Positions 1 through 10,063 of a DNA stretch of 64,000 nt are shown in pieces. The notes under the pieces were generated by a model that saw only the letters and a program-made list of their open reading frames with translations, was not told where the DNA came from and searched no databases. Position 1 is the first letter of the stretch, and each line of letters begins with the position of its first letter. The stretch lies in the NCBI GenBank assembly GCA_041690105.1, contig JAWLHX010000014.1:740-64739 (forward strand), given 5' to 3'. Made by a program: the position numbers and the translations under genes. This DNA is from Phycisphaerae bacterium (GTDB taxonomy: Bacteria; Planctomycetota; Phycisphaerae; FEN-1346; JAACEH01).

Positions 1-1767
1 CCCCGCCATCTCGTGAGGCAGAATGCCCTGCTCCAGGGCGACCATGAATACCTTCTCGAATTCCAGCCCCTTGGCTGCGTGCAGAGTCATCAGGTGCACG
101 CGTTCCAGATTCTCGTGAACGGCATCCTGATCGCTGGTAAGCGAGACACGTTCCAGGAACCGCATGAGCGGCGTCTGCACGAGGTCGGCATCTTCGTCCT
201 CGGGCATCTCCTCGGCCAGTTGCTTTTCGAAGTCGGCGGCCAGGGTGACAAATTCATCAACGTTTTCTTTGCGGTCCAGAGTGCCATCGCTGAGCTTCTG
301 CACGTAATCTTCAAATCGCGTAATGTCGATCAGCGTGCTCACCAGAAGTCGCAATTCGGATTGGCCGAGTTCCAGCAGATCGTCAATCATGGTGACGAAA
401 GCCGCCATGCTCTTGACGGCGCGCGAGCCGAGTTCCTTGATCTCCTCGACCCGTCGGCAGGCATCAAGCAGGCTGAGACGATTGTAGGCGGCAAACTGTC
501 GCACCCTCTTAAGCGTTGTCTCGCCAAGGCCGCGGGGCGGCGTATTGATTACCTGTTCGAGGGCCAGGTCGTCGCGCGGATTCACCAGCACCCGCAGATA
601 ACCAACCAGGGCCCGGACCTCCTGTCGCTCGTAAAAGCTCATGCCACGGACAATCTCGTAAGCAATGTTGTGGCGACGCAATTCGTCTTCCAGCACACGG
701 CTCAGGGAGTTGACGCGATAGAAGATGGCCACCGAGGACAACCCCTTGCCGTCGGGACAGGCGGATCTTATTTGCTCGGCAATAATCCGGGCCTCCTCCT
801 CGGCCGTATCAACCTCCATTACGGTAACATTTGCCCCGGCCGGGTTAGCTGTCAGCAGACTTTTCTCTTTGCGCTTGCGGTTGAAGCGTATCAGATGATC
901 GGCGGCCTGCAGAATCTGCGGAGTCGAGCGATAATTCTGCTCCAGCCTGATGACCTTGCAGCCGCGGAAGTCCTTTTCAAAGTCGAGGATATTGTTGATG
1001 TCGGCCCCGCGCCAGCCGTAAATGGCCTGGTCCGGGTCGCCGGTGGCACAGATATTCTGGTGCTGCTCGGCTATCAGGCGGGCAATCATGTACTGGGCCT
1101 GGTTGGTGTCCTGGTACTCGTCAATGAGAATGTAGCGGTAACGCTCCTGCAGCGCTTCGCGGAATTCCTGATTGTCGCGCAGTCCGACCGCCACCCGCAT
1201 CAGCAGATCGTCGAAATCCAAGGCGTTATTCTCGCGCAGCAACTCCTCGTAAATCGGGTAAATCTTGGCCACATTGCGACTTATAACGTCGAAGGCATTC
1301 TGCGGATTGGACGACGGCTTCTGCAACTTGCCCTTCAGGTCGCTGATGCGCTCGGCAACCTTGTCGGGCGTCCAGTAGGAGGGATCGAGTCCGGCCCGCT
1401 CGATGGCCTTCTTCACCGTCCGCTTGGTGTCGCTGGTGGTGTAGATGGTGAAATTCGGATCGAGCCCCAGCATCTCGGCATGCATACGCAGCACGCGGGC
1501 ACAAAAGGAATGGAATGTGCAGATTGTGGCTCCGCGGGCCGGCAACAGGGACTGGACGCGTTCGCGCATTTCGCCGGCGGCCTTGTTGGTGAAGGTGATG
1601 GCCAGAATCTGCCAGGCGGGCACGCCCTGGAGTATCAGGTAGGCAATGCGGCGGGTAATAACTCGCGTCTTGCCGCTGCCTGCGGCCGCCAGAATGAGCA
1701 GCGGGCCGTCAACATGCATGGCGGCCTCGCGCTGTGGTGGAGTAAGGTCGGAGAGTACATCTTTCAT
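1..1767 (-). CDS. UvrD/PcrA/Rep-family ATP-dependent DNA helicase (N-terminal ~589 aa; gene continues past window start)
   Basis: Minus-strand translation from the ATG at 1765-1767 reads MKDVLSDLTPPQREAAMHVDGPLLILAAAGSGKTRVITRRIAYLI..., with the Walker A / helicase motif I typical of UvrD-like helicases. The listed plus-strand ORF 13..1827 is its antisense artefact. Confidence 0.85.
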   Translation of the reverse strand, partial: MKDVLSDLTPPQREAAMHVDGPLLILAAAGSGKTRVITRRIAYLILQGVPAWQILAITFTNKAAGEMRERVQSLLPARGATICTFHSFCARVLRMHAEMLGLDPNFTIYTTSDTKRTVKKAIERAGLDPSYWTPDKVAERISDLKGKLQKPSSNPQNAFDVISRNVAKIYPIYEELLRENNALDFDDLLMRVAVGLRDNQEFREALQERYRYILIDEYQDTNQAQYMIARLIAEQHQNICATGDPDQAIYGWRGADINNILDFEKDFRGCKVIRLEQNYRSTPQILQAADHLIRFNRKRKEKSLLTANPAGANVTVMEVDTAEEEARIIAEQIRSACPDGKGLSSVAIFYRVNSLSRVLEDELRRHNIAYEIVRGMSFYERQEVRALVGYLRVLVNPRDDLALEQVINTPPRGLGETTLKRVRQFAAYNRLSLLDACRRVEEIKELGSRAVKSMAAFVTMIDDLLELGQSELRLLVSTLIDITRFEDYVQKLSDGTLDRKENVDEFVTLAADFEKQLAEEMPEDEDADLVQTPLMRFLERVSLTSDQDAVHENLERVHLMTLHAAKGLEFEKVFMVALEQGILPHEMAG

Positions 1768-1931
1768 TGTAGGGACGATTCCTTCCGTCGATTCTGTCTG
1801 GGGTTGGGATTGAGCGGCGCAGTATAACAGGCTCGGGCCGACCATCCAAGCGGCTGAGGACGAATTTCGTTGAAATGGCGTGGGCGGCAACCTATTTTCT
1901 AGTCGGAAAACTTGTCGGAGACAAACAAGCG

Positions 1932-2330
1932 ATGGCAATAGTCGGGCATGGCGTGGACATTATCGAAGTGCAGCGGATCGGCCGCATGCTGGAGGACCAT
2001 GGTCAGCATTTTCTGGCCCGCGTCTTTACGCCCGCCGAGGTGGCCTACAGCCATAAGCACAAGCGCAATGGGCGACAGATGGAGGCTTATGCCGGCCGAT
2101 TCGCCGCCAAGGAGGCGGTAATGAAGGCCCTTGGCACCGGCTGGCGCAAGGGCGTGGCCTTCAGCGAGATAGAGATTCTGCAGAAGCCGAGCGGCGAGCC
2201 CTTTGTGGTGCTGCACGGCAAGACCGCCGACATCGGCCGCGAACGTGGCATAGCCCGCATCTGGATCAGCATCAGCCATATAGAGGCCACGGCCATGGCC
2301 AGTGCCATTGCGGTTGACGAAGCCGGCTGA
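1932..2330 (+). CDS. acpS: holo-[acyl-carrier-protein] synthase (4'-phosphopantetheinyl transferase)
   Basis: MAIVGHGVDIIEVQRI... is the AcpS signature. The ~130 aa size fits if the start is the internal ATG at 1932. The ORF track starts at 1875. Confidence 0.8.
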   Translation: MAIVGHGVDIIEVQRIGRMLEDHGQHFLARVFTPAEVAYSHKHKRNGRQMEAYAGRFAAKEAVMKALGTGWRKGVAFSEIEILQKPSGEPFVVLHGKTADIGRERGIARIWISISHIEATAMASAIAVDEAG

Positions 2331-2423
2331 CCGGAGCCGCGGCAAGGCATCAGTTGCGCCCGGCATGACCAGGCCTCCGCCCCTGCCGCGGGGCATCTCC
2401 CGCAACTTGAAGCCCCCGCAGAG

Positions 2424-3659
2424 CTACAGACTAAGGGCTCGGCTGACGAATTCGCTCACGCTTGTCTGGTTCTGATCGGGCAACTTGTCCAGGAGCGGAA
2501 CAGGCTCGGAGAGCATTTGCAGGTGCTTGATTTCCTTGGCCTTCTGGTGTTTGCCCACCAGAATTCCGCCGCGTACCATCCCCTGCTCTTCCAGCAGAGC
2601 GGCATAACCACCCTCGTCGCCGTGGAACCCTACGAAGCGGGCCTTCGGGAAGGCCTGCCGGGGCGAGCCGAACAGGGTGAACTTTTTCTCGCCGACACGG
2701 GTTGTGTAGTCGCTGGGGACATCGTAAGCCTCCTGCCCGCCGGCCATATTTTTGCCGGCCGTTTTGCCGGCCGCAGTAGCGTTGCCCCAGCTTGCCTGCA
2801 TCAGTTCTTTGCCACGCACGTGGTATTCGGTGCCGCTGCCAGCCGAGTAGACGTCCGGCAGATTCGTGCGCAGCTGGCTGTCGACGACAATGCCCCTGTT
2901 GACGCGCAAACCGCTGGACTCCAGCCAACCGGCGTTCGGCATGGCTCCGATGGCGAAAAAGATCGCCTGGCACGATAGCTCCGACCCGCTGCTGAGCGTT
3001 ACTCCGGTCATCCGCCCGTTCTGCCCGACAATGATCTTCACCTCGGTCGATTTACGTATCTCGGCACCCATTCGCCGCAACTCGTCTTCAACCATGCCGC
3101 CGCTGACCGTGTCGAATTGCGGAAAGCCGACGAAATCTTCGCGCACCAGCAGGGTTACCCGACGGCCGGCGTTGCAGAGGGCTTGGGTCATGTCCTGACC
3201 CAGCAGCCCGCCACCGACTACAACCGTCAGCTCGGCCTGCTCGACGGCCGCTCGCACGCGGTCGGCCTGCTCGAGGTAATGCATATGGCAGACGCCCTTG
3301 AGGTTGGCCCCGGGAATCGGAACAGGCCGCGGCGTGATGCCCACCGACAGCAGGCAATGGTCGTAACAGATGCGCTGCCCGTTGACTAGTTTAACCTCGT
3401 GGCCCAGCGGGTCGAGCGACTTGGCAGGCGTCTCCAGCAGCAACTCGATCTGCCGCTCCCGGAACCACTCGGCGTCCTTCGTCTCAAGCTCTTCGGCAGC
3501 AATCTGACCGGAGGCATATTCAACCAGCCGCGGACGGGCCACGACGCGCAGTCGCTCGTGCGACAACATGGTGATGGTGGCCTTGGGGTCGGCCTTGCGT
3601 ATTTCTTCGGCGGCATTGGTGCCGGTCGGCCCACAGCCAATTATCAGATATCGCGACAT
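2424..3659 (-). CDS. FAD/NAD(P)-dependent pyridine nucleotide-disulfide-family oxidoreductase (class III-like, no redox-active CxxxxC)
   Basis: Two Rossmann GxGxxG motifs (IIGCGPTGTNAA and VVVGGGLLGQD). It lies 5 nt downstream of nuoN on the same strand. The ORF start is TTG at 3674, with an ATG at 3657-3659. Confidence 0.75.
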   Translation of the reverse strand: MSRYLIIGCGPTGTNAAEEIRKADPKATITMLSHERLRVVARPRLVEYASGQIAAEELETKDAEWFRERQIELLLETPAKSLDPLGHEVKLVNGQRICYDHCLLSVGITPRPVPIPGANLKGVCHMHYLEQADRVRAAVEQAELTVVVGGGLLGQDMTQALCNAGRRVTLLVREDFVGFPQFDTVSGGMVEDELRRMGAEIRKSTEVKIIVGQNGRMTGVTLSSGSELSCQAIFFAIGAMPNAGWLESSGLRVNRGIVVDSQLRTNLPDVYSAGSGTEYHVRGKELMQASWGNATAAGKTAGKNMAGGQEAYDVPSDYTTRVGEKKFTLFGSPRQAFPKARFVGFHGDEGGYAALLEEQGMVRGGILVGKHQKAKEIKHLQMLSEPVPLLDKLPDQNQTSVSEFVSRALSL

Positions 3660-3679
3660 GCTGCTACCCCCCAATATGC

Positions 3680-5152
3680 TTAAAGGCTGTCAAAAATAAG
3701 TTGAGCCAGCTTGCCTTGGTACACGTACGCTACCAGAACCGGCGCCACCACGACAATGGCCGCCAGAATCAGCCACATGGCTCCGGCAACCTTTCTGTCG
3801 GCCGGCACGTGTCGCCACGGTTTCTGCTGAGCGGCGTAAACCAGCATCATCCTGGCAGCGGCTATGGTCAGGCCGGCTGAAATCAGCCAGTACCAGATGG
3901 CCTTGCCCGCCGGCGCAGGCGCTTCGGCTACTGCGATTACTGCCCCGATGAGAAGCAGCAGGCCGATAATAAAAGCAGTGCCGCCCGCCACCATTCGGGA
4001 GACAATCGTGCTGACGGCCGGCAGGGACGAGGAGTCTTCGCTGAAACGGCCTAGCGTTCCGGCAAGAATGCCAAGAGCCAGCAGCATGCTCGTGCTGAAG
4101 GCCAGCGACATGACCAGCATCATGCTGTCATTGCGTTCGATAATCGGCTCGGTGCTGAACCATCCGACCGCCAGGAACAGGGCCGCCACGACCACGGCTG
4201 CAACGTATCCGCTGGCCCGCCTGGAAGAACTCTGGGCCCAGGACAGCAGCGCGGCCAGGACAATCGTCAGCACGGCCAGAGCCACAATCATCATCCGCAA
4301 TGCTTCGGCTCCGGGGCTGAGCGGAGCGGCCAGAAGGCGGGTCAGCACCACCAGACTGGCCAGCGGCGGCAACATGGCTATGTAGGGCGCCGTCGGAGCG
4401 GGGGCCGCCTGGTACAGGTCGGGCAGATGCATGTGCATGGGCACCAGGCCTAGCTGCCAGGCAAAGCCGGCCATAATCAGCCCGAGCCCCAGCACCATTA
4501 TCCCGAGTTGCGACTCGCCGGCGCGCTGCAGCCCGTCGGTAACCCCCTGGTATTGCGTATCGCCGCTGGCGGCATAAACAAGAGCCATGCCGAACAGCAA
4601 CAGTGCACTGGCCACCAGGCTGGTAATGAAATATTTGAGTGATACCTCGGTGCCGGGCAGATCGCGATGCTGCATGCCAAGCAAGATGAAGTTACAGGTC
4701 ACCACAAGAGCAATGCCGGTAAACAGGGTCAGAAAGTCGATACTGATGACGATTATGGCCAGGCCCGAGACGGCAAAGGCGAAGACTACCAGAAACTCGC
4801 CACTGCGCTCGCCCATCACCTTGAGCATGGGCAGGGCTATGATAAGGGCGACAAGCGCGCCGCCAAAAATTACCGCCTGGGCCAGGGCGCCCAGCGGATC
4901 GAGTTGCAGCAGGCCCATCAGCGGGTGCCAGTCGACCGGGTTGGGCGAAAGGTAATAAAGTGCTGCCGCAAATGCGCCCAGCAGGCCCAGCACAACCAGC
5001 ACCAGGGCGGGAATACCGGCCCGCTCGCGCCAGATCATTTTGGCAATGAGGCCCAGAACGCCGGCTCCGGCCAGCACGAAAACCGGGTATGCGGCCACAA
5101 GGTCAATGTCGTGACCATTCTCAGCAGCCAGTGTTATGGCAGAGGGCAACAC
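3680..5152 (-). CDS. nuoN: NADH-quinone oxidoreductase subunit N (antiporter-like subunit)
   Basis: [28 protein letters not shown] and [25 protein letters not shown] align with the NuoN [28 protein letters not shown] and [22 protein letters not shown] motifs. GTG start with a GGAAGTGAGG Shine-Dalgarno. Confidence 0.8.
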   Translation of the reverse strand: [490 protein letters not shown]

Positions 5153-5233
5153 TTTTCTTGAGACCTCACTTCCGAAAATTGCACTGTTGATGTCGTCGCA
5201 GCGATTGGCTGCGCACTAGACGCCCGTGCTACC

Positions 5234-5527
5234 TCAGTTCACGTCTGCGAAACTTATGCCGGAGGCCAGCATGCCGACAGCGATCAGCAGAACGGCTCCG
5301 GCTATCATCCATATAACATACATTCGCACATCGCCAGTGTGCATCCGCGATAACAGTCGCGAAGGGATGCCGAAAAGGCTACCGATAGTGCTCGCGGCCC
5401 GCTCTTTTTTCGTTCGGGGCGACAGTGCCCGGAGGATGGCCGGCACCAGCAGCAGCAGAAAACCGGCTGCGACAAGCGCCACGCCAAGAGGGTTGCGGCC
5501 AAGGTAATCCATTGCTTCCGATAGCAT
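5234..5527 (-). CDS. small hydrophobic membrane protein (2-3 TM), unknown function, between nuoK and nuoN
   Basis: 97-aa ORF with predicted TM helices (GVALVAAGFLLLLVPAILRAL; YVIWMIAGAVLLIAVGMLASGI). It sits where nuoL/nuoM would normally be, in frame with nuoN but separated from it by TGA and TAG stops. Confidence 0.35.
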   Translation of the reverse strand: MLSEAMDYLGRNPLGVALVAAGFLLLLVPAILRALSPRTKKERAASTIGSLFGIPSRLLSRMHTGDVRMYVIWMIAGAVLLIAVGMLASGISFADVN

Positions 5528-5530
5528 TAA

Positions 5531-5854
5531 TCAGCCCTTCAATGCCGTCCAATGAGCAGTCGAGATGCTCCGCCGATGCCGATAAAGGCTGACCACAATG
5601 GCCACGCCCACAGCCGCCTGTGCTGCGGTTATCATAATGATGAATATGGCGAAAATCTGCCCGTTGTAGGTACGCATGTGGTTGCTCAGAGCAATAAACA
5701 GAGTCACGGGAGCCTGCAGCATCAGTTCGACCGACATCAGCACAAACAGCATGTTTCGCCGACGCATCAGGCCGATAAGCCCAAGGGCCAGCAGCAGGAC
5801 CGAAAACATGGCTGCAACCTGCGGCGAAAAGTCATTCAGCGGTTCTATCGTCAT
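5531..5854 (-). CDS. nuoK: NADH-quinone oxidoreductase subunit K
   Basis: 107-aa three-TM protein MTIEPLNDFSPQVAAMFSVLLLALGLIGL...; its ATG overlaps the nuoJ stop in an ATGA arrangement. Confidence 0.85.
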   Translation of the reverse strand: MTIEPLNDFSPQVAAMFSVLLLALGLIGLMRRRNMLFVLMSVELMLQAPVTLFIALSNHMRTYNGQIFAIFIIMITAAQAAVGVAIVVSLYRHRRSISTAHWTALKG

Positions 5855-6732
5855 GGCCTGTTGTCTCCCTCTCGACCGCCGGTCCCGGTGCCCGACGCAG
5901 CCTTGGTATAGGTACCGGATTTTTTGCTTTCGCCGCTTGCCCTCTGGCGGCCAACGCACACTGCCCCGACCACGGCAACCGTCAGAATGAGCGAGGCCAC
6001 CTCGAATGGAACGGTGTAGCGCGTGTAAAGCTCCCAGCCCACGTGCTGAGTAAAACCGGTTATGGGCCGCAAGGGGTGCACGTCGCCAGCCGATATGGCC
6101 CGGGCCTCCTCCTCGCTCATCTCGCCCATACGTGTATCCATACCCTCGCCCACGCCATAGGCGTAGCGCGAGGTAATCTCGAAGTACCTCGGTGGCGGCG
6201 AGGCGGCAACCTGACCACTGGAGCCGCTTACCACAGCCAATAATCCGACGGCCAGCAGAAAGCCTGCAACAACCGCCCCCCATGTCCAGCGCGCAGCAAC
6301 CGGGCGTGGCCCTTCCATGCGGAGATCGATCAGCATCAGGATGAACAGGAAGGTAACAATGACGCCGCCAGCGTTAATTGCCAGCGTAATGACACCGAGA
6401 AACTCGGCCTGGTAGGCAACGAAGATGCCAGCCAGCGAAAGAAACACGGCCAGCAGCGACAGGGCGCATTGCACCGGGCGCTGCCCGAAGACGACGTGTA
6501 CGGCCGAAACAAGGGCCGTCACCGACAGCACGAAGCGCAGCAGATGGCTGACGCGGTCGATGCCTCGGCCAAAGTACCAGGCGCTGCCCACCACTATGAT
6601 GGCTCCGAGCAGCATCAGCACGATTTGCGCCGGCCGTTGCCTGACGGCCAGACCGCCGCGAAAGATATAGAAGCCGCCCACGATGATTATCCAGAACAGA
6701 AGCGCAGTCAAGCCCCGCGCCCTCCTCTCCAT
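5851..6732 (-). CDS. nuoJ: NADH-quinone oxidoreductase subunit J (with internal/C-terminal extension)
   Basis: Starts MERRARGLTALLFWIIIVGGFY and ends with the conserved NuoJ C-terminal helix ELYTRYTVPFEVASLILTVAVVGAV. The upstream 99 codons of the listed ORF overlap nuoI and are not coding here. Confidence 0.8.
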   Translation of the reverse strand: MERRARGLTALLFWIIIVGGFYIFRGGLAVRQRPAQIVLMLLGAIIVVGSAWYFGRGIDRVSHLLRFVLSVTALVSAVHVVFGQRPVQCALSLLAVFLSLAGIFVAYQAEFLGVITLAINAGGVIVTFLFILMLIDLRMEGPRPVAARWTWGAVVAGFLLAVGLLAVVSGSSGQVAASPPPRYFEITSRYAYGVGEGMDTRMGEMSEEEARAISAGDVHPLRPITGFTQHVGWELYTRYTVPFEVASLILTVAVVGAVCVGRQRASGESKKSGTYTKAASGTGTGGREGDNRP

Positions 6733-6737
6733 TTTTA

Positions 6738-7328
6738 TTACCAGCGCTGCGGGTGTTTCTCGTCCCGCGTCAGGTCGAAAATCTCCAGCAACTGCTCTTT
6801 GTTGTAAATCATCTCGTCGCGAGTCGTACCCACAAAACTGTAGATGCGGGTCAGTTCGATGGCATCTTCCGGGCAGGCTTCCTCGCACATGCCGCAATAG
6901 ATGCAACGCAACTCGTTCAGGTCGAACCGTACGGGGTACTTCTCCCGGTCGGGCCACGGCGCCTTGGCCCCTTCGATGCGTATGCAATTGGCCGGACACG
7001 CGGTCTGGCAGAGAAAGCAGGCCACGCACTTCGGGCGACCCTTTTCGTCCTTGTTCAACCGATGCACAAAGCGGTAATTAGGGCTGACCTCGCGCACCTC
7101 TTCCGGCCACTGAACGGTAAACTTTTTCTGCCAGATGTGCGTGATGCCGGTCCAGACGGTTTTGATCAGGCCAGGCAGCATCAGCTTTTGCCACCACTGA
7201 TCGACCCGGCCCAGTCGCACCGACTTCTGTGGCCCACGCTTGGGCGTATCGTAAGTTGGCCGCGGCAACTTGCTGCGCACGTAGTCGGGCGGCGGAACCT
7301 TGAATTGTGGTGATGGCAGATGCGACAC
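6738..7328 (-). CDS. nuoI: NADH-quinone oxidoreductase subunit I (2x[4Fe-4S] ferredoxin)
   Basis: CVACFLCQTACP and CIYCGMCEEACP ferredoxin motifs. Confidence 0.9.
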   Translation of the reverse strand: MSHLPSPQFKVPPPDYVRSKLPRPTYDTPKRGPQKSVRLGRVDQWWQKLMLPGLIKTVWTGITHIWQKKFTVQWPEEVREVSPNYRFVHRLNKDEKGRPKCVACFLCQTACPANCIRIEGAKAPWPDREKYPVRFDLNELRCIYCGMCEEACPEDAIELTRIYSFVGTTRDEMIYNKEQLLEIFDLTRDEKHPQRW

Positions 7329-7409
7329 GTTACTTCTCCCCTAATCTTTCGTCATCGGGCAACTCTCGCTGCGGCCCGGTTTGTTCAGCCCGGATGGCGT
7401 CCGCTTAAA

Positions 7410-8468
7410 TCAGCGGAACAGCGGCATCAGCGCCCCGGTCAACAGTATGTTCAGGAAGGCTATGGGCAGCATCACCTTCCAGCCCAGCCGCATGACCTGG
7501 TCGTACCTGAATCGCGACACAGTCCAGCGCACAGCAATAAATACGAAGCAGACCAGCAGCGTCTTGAACATGAAGGTAAGCGCCTGGATTATCGGCAACC
7601 AGGTCGGGCCCACAAGGTCGGATGTCAGCCCCGGCCAGCCGTATCCGCCAAGGAAAATTGTGGCGATAAGGGCGCTGAGGGTGAAGACGGCCGCATATTC
7701 GGCGATGAAGAACATGACGAACTTCATACTCGAATACTCGGTGTGATAGCCGCCAACAAGCTCCTGCTCGCTCTCGGGCAGATCGAACGGCATGCGGTTG
7801 GTTTCGGCAAAGGCGGCCACACAGAAGACCAGAAAACCGAGCGGCTGGCGAAAGATGTTCCAGGCCGGCAGGAAGCCGAAAAGCAGATGATCGTTCTGCT
7901 GCTGCACAATGTCCACCAGCCTGAGCGAGCCCGTGAGCATTATCACGCCGATGATCGAGGCCCCCAGGAAGAGCTCGTAAGAAAGCATCTGGGCGGCGCT
8001 GCGGATGCCGCCCAACAGACTGTATTTGTTGTTCGAGGCCCAGGCACCGAAAATGATGCCGTAAATCTCCAGCGAGGCCACGGCAATGAAGAACAGTATG
8101 CCCAGCTCCAGGTTCGAGTCGCCCAGACCGGCCACCTGCATCAGCACGCGACGACCGTCAATTTCTATCGGGTCGCCGAAGGGCACAATGGAAAAAGCCA
8201 GAATGGCCGGCACGAGAGTCATGGCCGGGGCAATGTAGTAGAGCAACTTGTCCACATTGCGCGGCGTGATGTCCTCTTTGAATATCAGCTTGATGGTATC
8301 GGCCAGCGGCTGCATGAGACCCATCGGACCCACCCGATTCGGGCCCCAGCGATCCTGCATCAACCCGCTTATGCGCCGCTCGCTCCACAGCAGCAGTCCG
8401 GCCATCAGGTTGATGATGCCGAAGACGATCAGCACTCTTATAACGGCGATGAGTATGTCGGTCATCAT
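7410..8468 (-). CDS. nuoH: NADH-quinone oxidoreductase subunit H
   Basis: 352-aa polytopic membrane protein with the NuoH/ND1 signature ([23 protein letters not shown]..., EYAAVF). Confidence 0.9.
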   Translation of the reverse strand: MMTDILIAVIRVLIVFGIINLMAGLLLWSERRISGLMQDRWGPNRVGPMGLMQPLADTIKLIFKEDITPRNVDKLLYYIAPAMTLVPAILAFSIVPFGDPIEIDGRRVLMQVAGLGDSNLELGILFFIAVASLEIYGIIFGAWASNNKYSLLGGIRSAAQMLSYELFLGASIIGVIMLTGSLRLVDIVQQQNDHLLFGFLPAWNIFRQPLGFLVFCVAAFAETNRMPFDLPESEQELVGGYHTEYSSMKFVMFFIAEYAAVFTLSALIATIFLGGYGWPGLTSDLVGPTWLPIIQALTFMFKTLLVCFVFIAVRWTVSRFRYDQVMRLGWKVMLPIAFLNILLTGALMPLFR

Positions 8469-8473
8469 AACTT

Positions 8474-10063
8474 TTACTCGTTCTCGCTATTGCCGCGCGT
8501 ATATTTCCAGCGTCGCCCGGGTCGCTCAGGCGGGGCTGTGCCGGCCATGGCCGCCTGGCCACCAGCCACGTGCTGGGCCAGGTCGCGCAGAATTTCCCAA
8601 TCGCTGCGGGCCTGGCCGATGGGCTCCAGGGCCTGGTTAACTTCCTGCTCTACGCCATCCTCGTTAATCACAGTGCCGCTCTTTTCGTACGGCGAGGCAC
8701 CGGCCAGCACCACCGCGGCATGCTGGGTGAACTCGCCGCGCGGGAAGCAGTCCTGCACGATCAACTGTCGCAACCGACCGGCAGGGAAATCCTCTGGTAC
8801 AAAGCTCTGGCTGAAAGCCGCACCACCCGTGGCGTAAAACGTGGTGACGCGGCCTTCATTTATCATGCCCGCCAGCCTGCCCGGTTTGATAATGCTCAGG
8901 CCAACATCGCCGAGGGCCTTCTCGACGCCGCGGCGGTTCCATGCCTTTTCCTGGCTGATGGCAAAACCGTTGAATTGCAGCCGCTCATGCTGTGGCGCGT
9001 CCCAGATGGTGAACGTTGTGACGCCGAAGCTGGTCATCAGCTTGCCAAGCAACAGAGCCTCTTCGCAGGTCAGCCAAGGCGATGCGGCAACGGCCACGGT
9101 GGATGGCCCGTCCTGGTCCAGGGCCATTCTCAGGGCATTGCCGGCCGCCTGCAGGGACTCGTCCCAACTGGTGCCGATCAACTGGCCATCCCGCCGCACC
9201 GCCGGGCCGGCCAGGCGCTGGTCGTGCTGCCAGTCCTTAAAGGCAAATCGCCCGTAGTCGCAGATCCAAGTGCCGTTCACGGAGGCATTTTCGCGAGGCT
9301 TCAACCGCATTATCTGACCGCTGTTGGTGTCCACGCTGATACTGCAGGCCCGGGCGCAAAGGGCGCAGGTCGAAGCCGTCGACTTGAGCCACCAGACCCG
9401 ACACTTGAACAGGAAATCCCTGCTCAGCAGCGCTCCCACGGGACAGATGTCGACCACGTTGCCGGCCAGCGGATTATCAACCGGCTTGTCTGCATCGGCA
9501 TGAATTTCGTTATACACGCCGCGCTTGATAACCGACAATTCGCGTGTGCCGGTTATTTCGCGAAGAAATCGGACACAGCGCGTGCACATGATGCACCGGT
9601 CCTGGTACAGCACGATGTCCGGCCCCACCTCTTTGTATTCCTGCTTGACCTTTACATCCTCGAAACGGCTGGCGGCCGAGCCGAAGGCCCAACTGTAATT
9701 CTGCAACACACACTCGCCCGACTGATCGCACACCGGGCAGTCCAGCGGATGATTCGTCAGGTAGAACTCCATTACGCTGCGATGGCTTTCCAACACCCGC
9801 GGCGTGTTGGAGCGTACGACCATGCCGTCCTTAACCACCATCATGCAGGAGGGAACCAGCTTTGGCGCCCCCTCAACCTCAACCAGGCACATGCGACAGT
9901 TCGCCGGCCGCGACAGCAGAGGATGACTGCAGAAGTGCGGAATATAGATGCCGGCCGCAAGGGCCACGTCCAGCAGTATGGCACCCTCGGCGGCCTTCAG
10001 TTCGCGGCCATCAATGTTAATGCTGACTTCGCTCACGCCATCTGCTCCTTGGCCGGTTGCCAT
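8474..10063 (-). CDS. nuoG: NADH-quinone oxidoreductase subunit G, short form (Fe-S N-terminal domains only)
   Basis: Its [2Fe-2S] and [4Fe-4S] cysteine clusters ([19 protein letters not shown]; [10 protein letters not shown]; [10 protein letters not shown]) identify it. It is 529 aa, versus ~780-910 aa in Thermus/E. coli. Confidence 0.8.
   Translation of the reverse strand: MATGQGADGVSEVSINIDGRELKAAEGAILLDVALAAGIYIPHFCSHPLLSRPANCRMCLVEVEGAPKLVPSCMMVVKDGMVVRSNTPRVLESHRSVMEFYLTNHPLDCPVCDQSGECVLQNYSWAFGSAASRFEDVKVKQEYKEVGPDIVLYQDRCIMCTRCVRFLREITGTRELSVIKRGVYNEIHADADKPVDNPLAGNVVDICPVGALLSRDFLFKCRVWWLKSTASTCALCARACSISVDTNSGQIMRLKPRENASVNGTWICDYGRFAFKDWQHDQRLAGPAVRRDGQLIGTSWDESLQAAGNALRMALDQDGPSTVAVAASPWLTCEEALLLGKLMTSFGVTTFTIWDAPQHERLQFNGFAISQEKAWNRRGVEKALGDVGLSIIKPGRLAGMINEGRVTTFYATGGAAFSQSFVPEDFPAGRLRQLIVQDCFPRGEFTQHAAVVLAGASPYEKSGTVINEDGVEQEVNQALEPIGQARSDWEILRDLAQHVAGGQAAMAGTAPPERPGRRWKYTRGNSENE

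Noticed and set aside
13-1827. 604-aa plus-strand ORF
   Set aside because: It is antisense to the UvrD-like helicase. The minus-strand frame gives the unmistakable AAGSGKTRVITRRIAYL helicase motif, while the plus-strand product has no motifs and a GC-driven open frame.
2424-3659. Possibility that the oxidoreductase after nuoN is the missing E3 (dihydrolipoamide dehydrogenase)
   Set aside because: It lacks the GGTCLNVGCIPSK redox-active disulfide motif and is only ~410 aa, so it is a class-III-like NAD(P)H flavoprotein rather than Lpd.
5153-5236. Possible TGA readthrough/selenocysteine joining the 97-aa ORF to nuoN (same frame)
   Set aside because: The in-frame spacer contains both TGA and TAG, and nuoN has its own GTG start preceded by a GGAAGTGAGG Shine-Dalgarno, so these are two separate genes.
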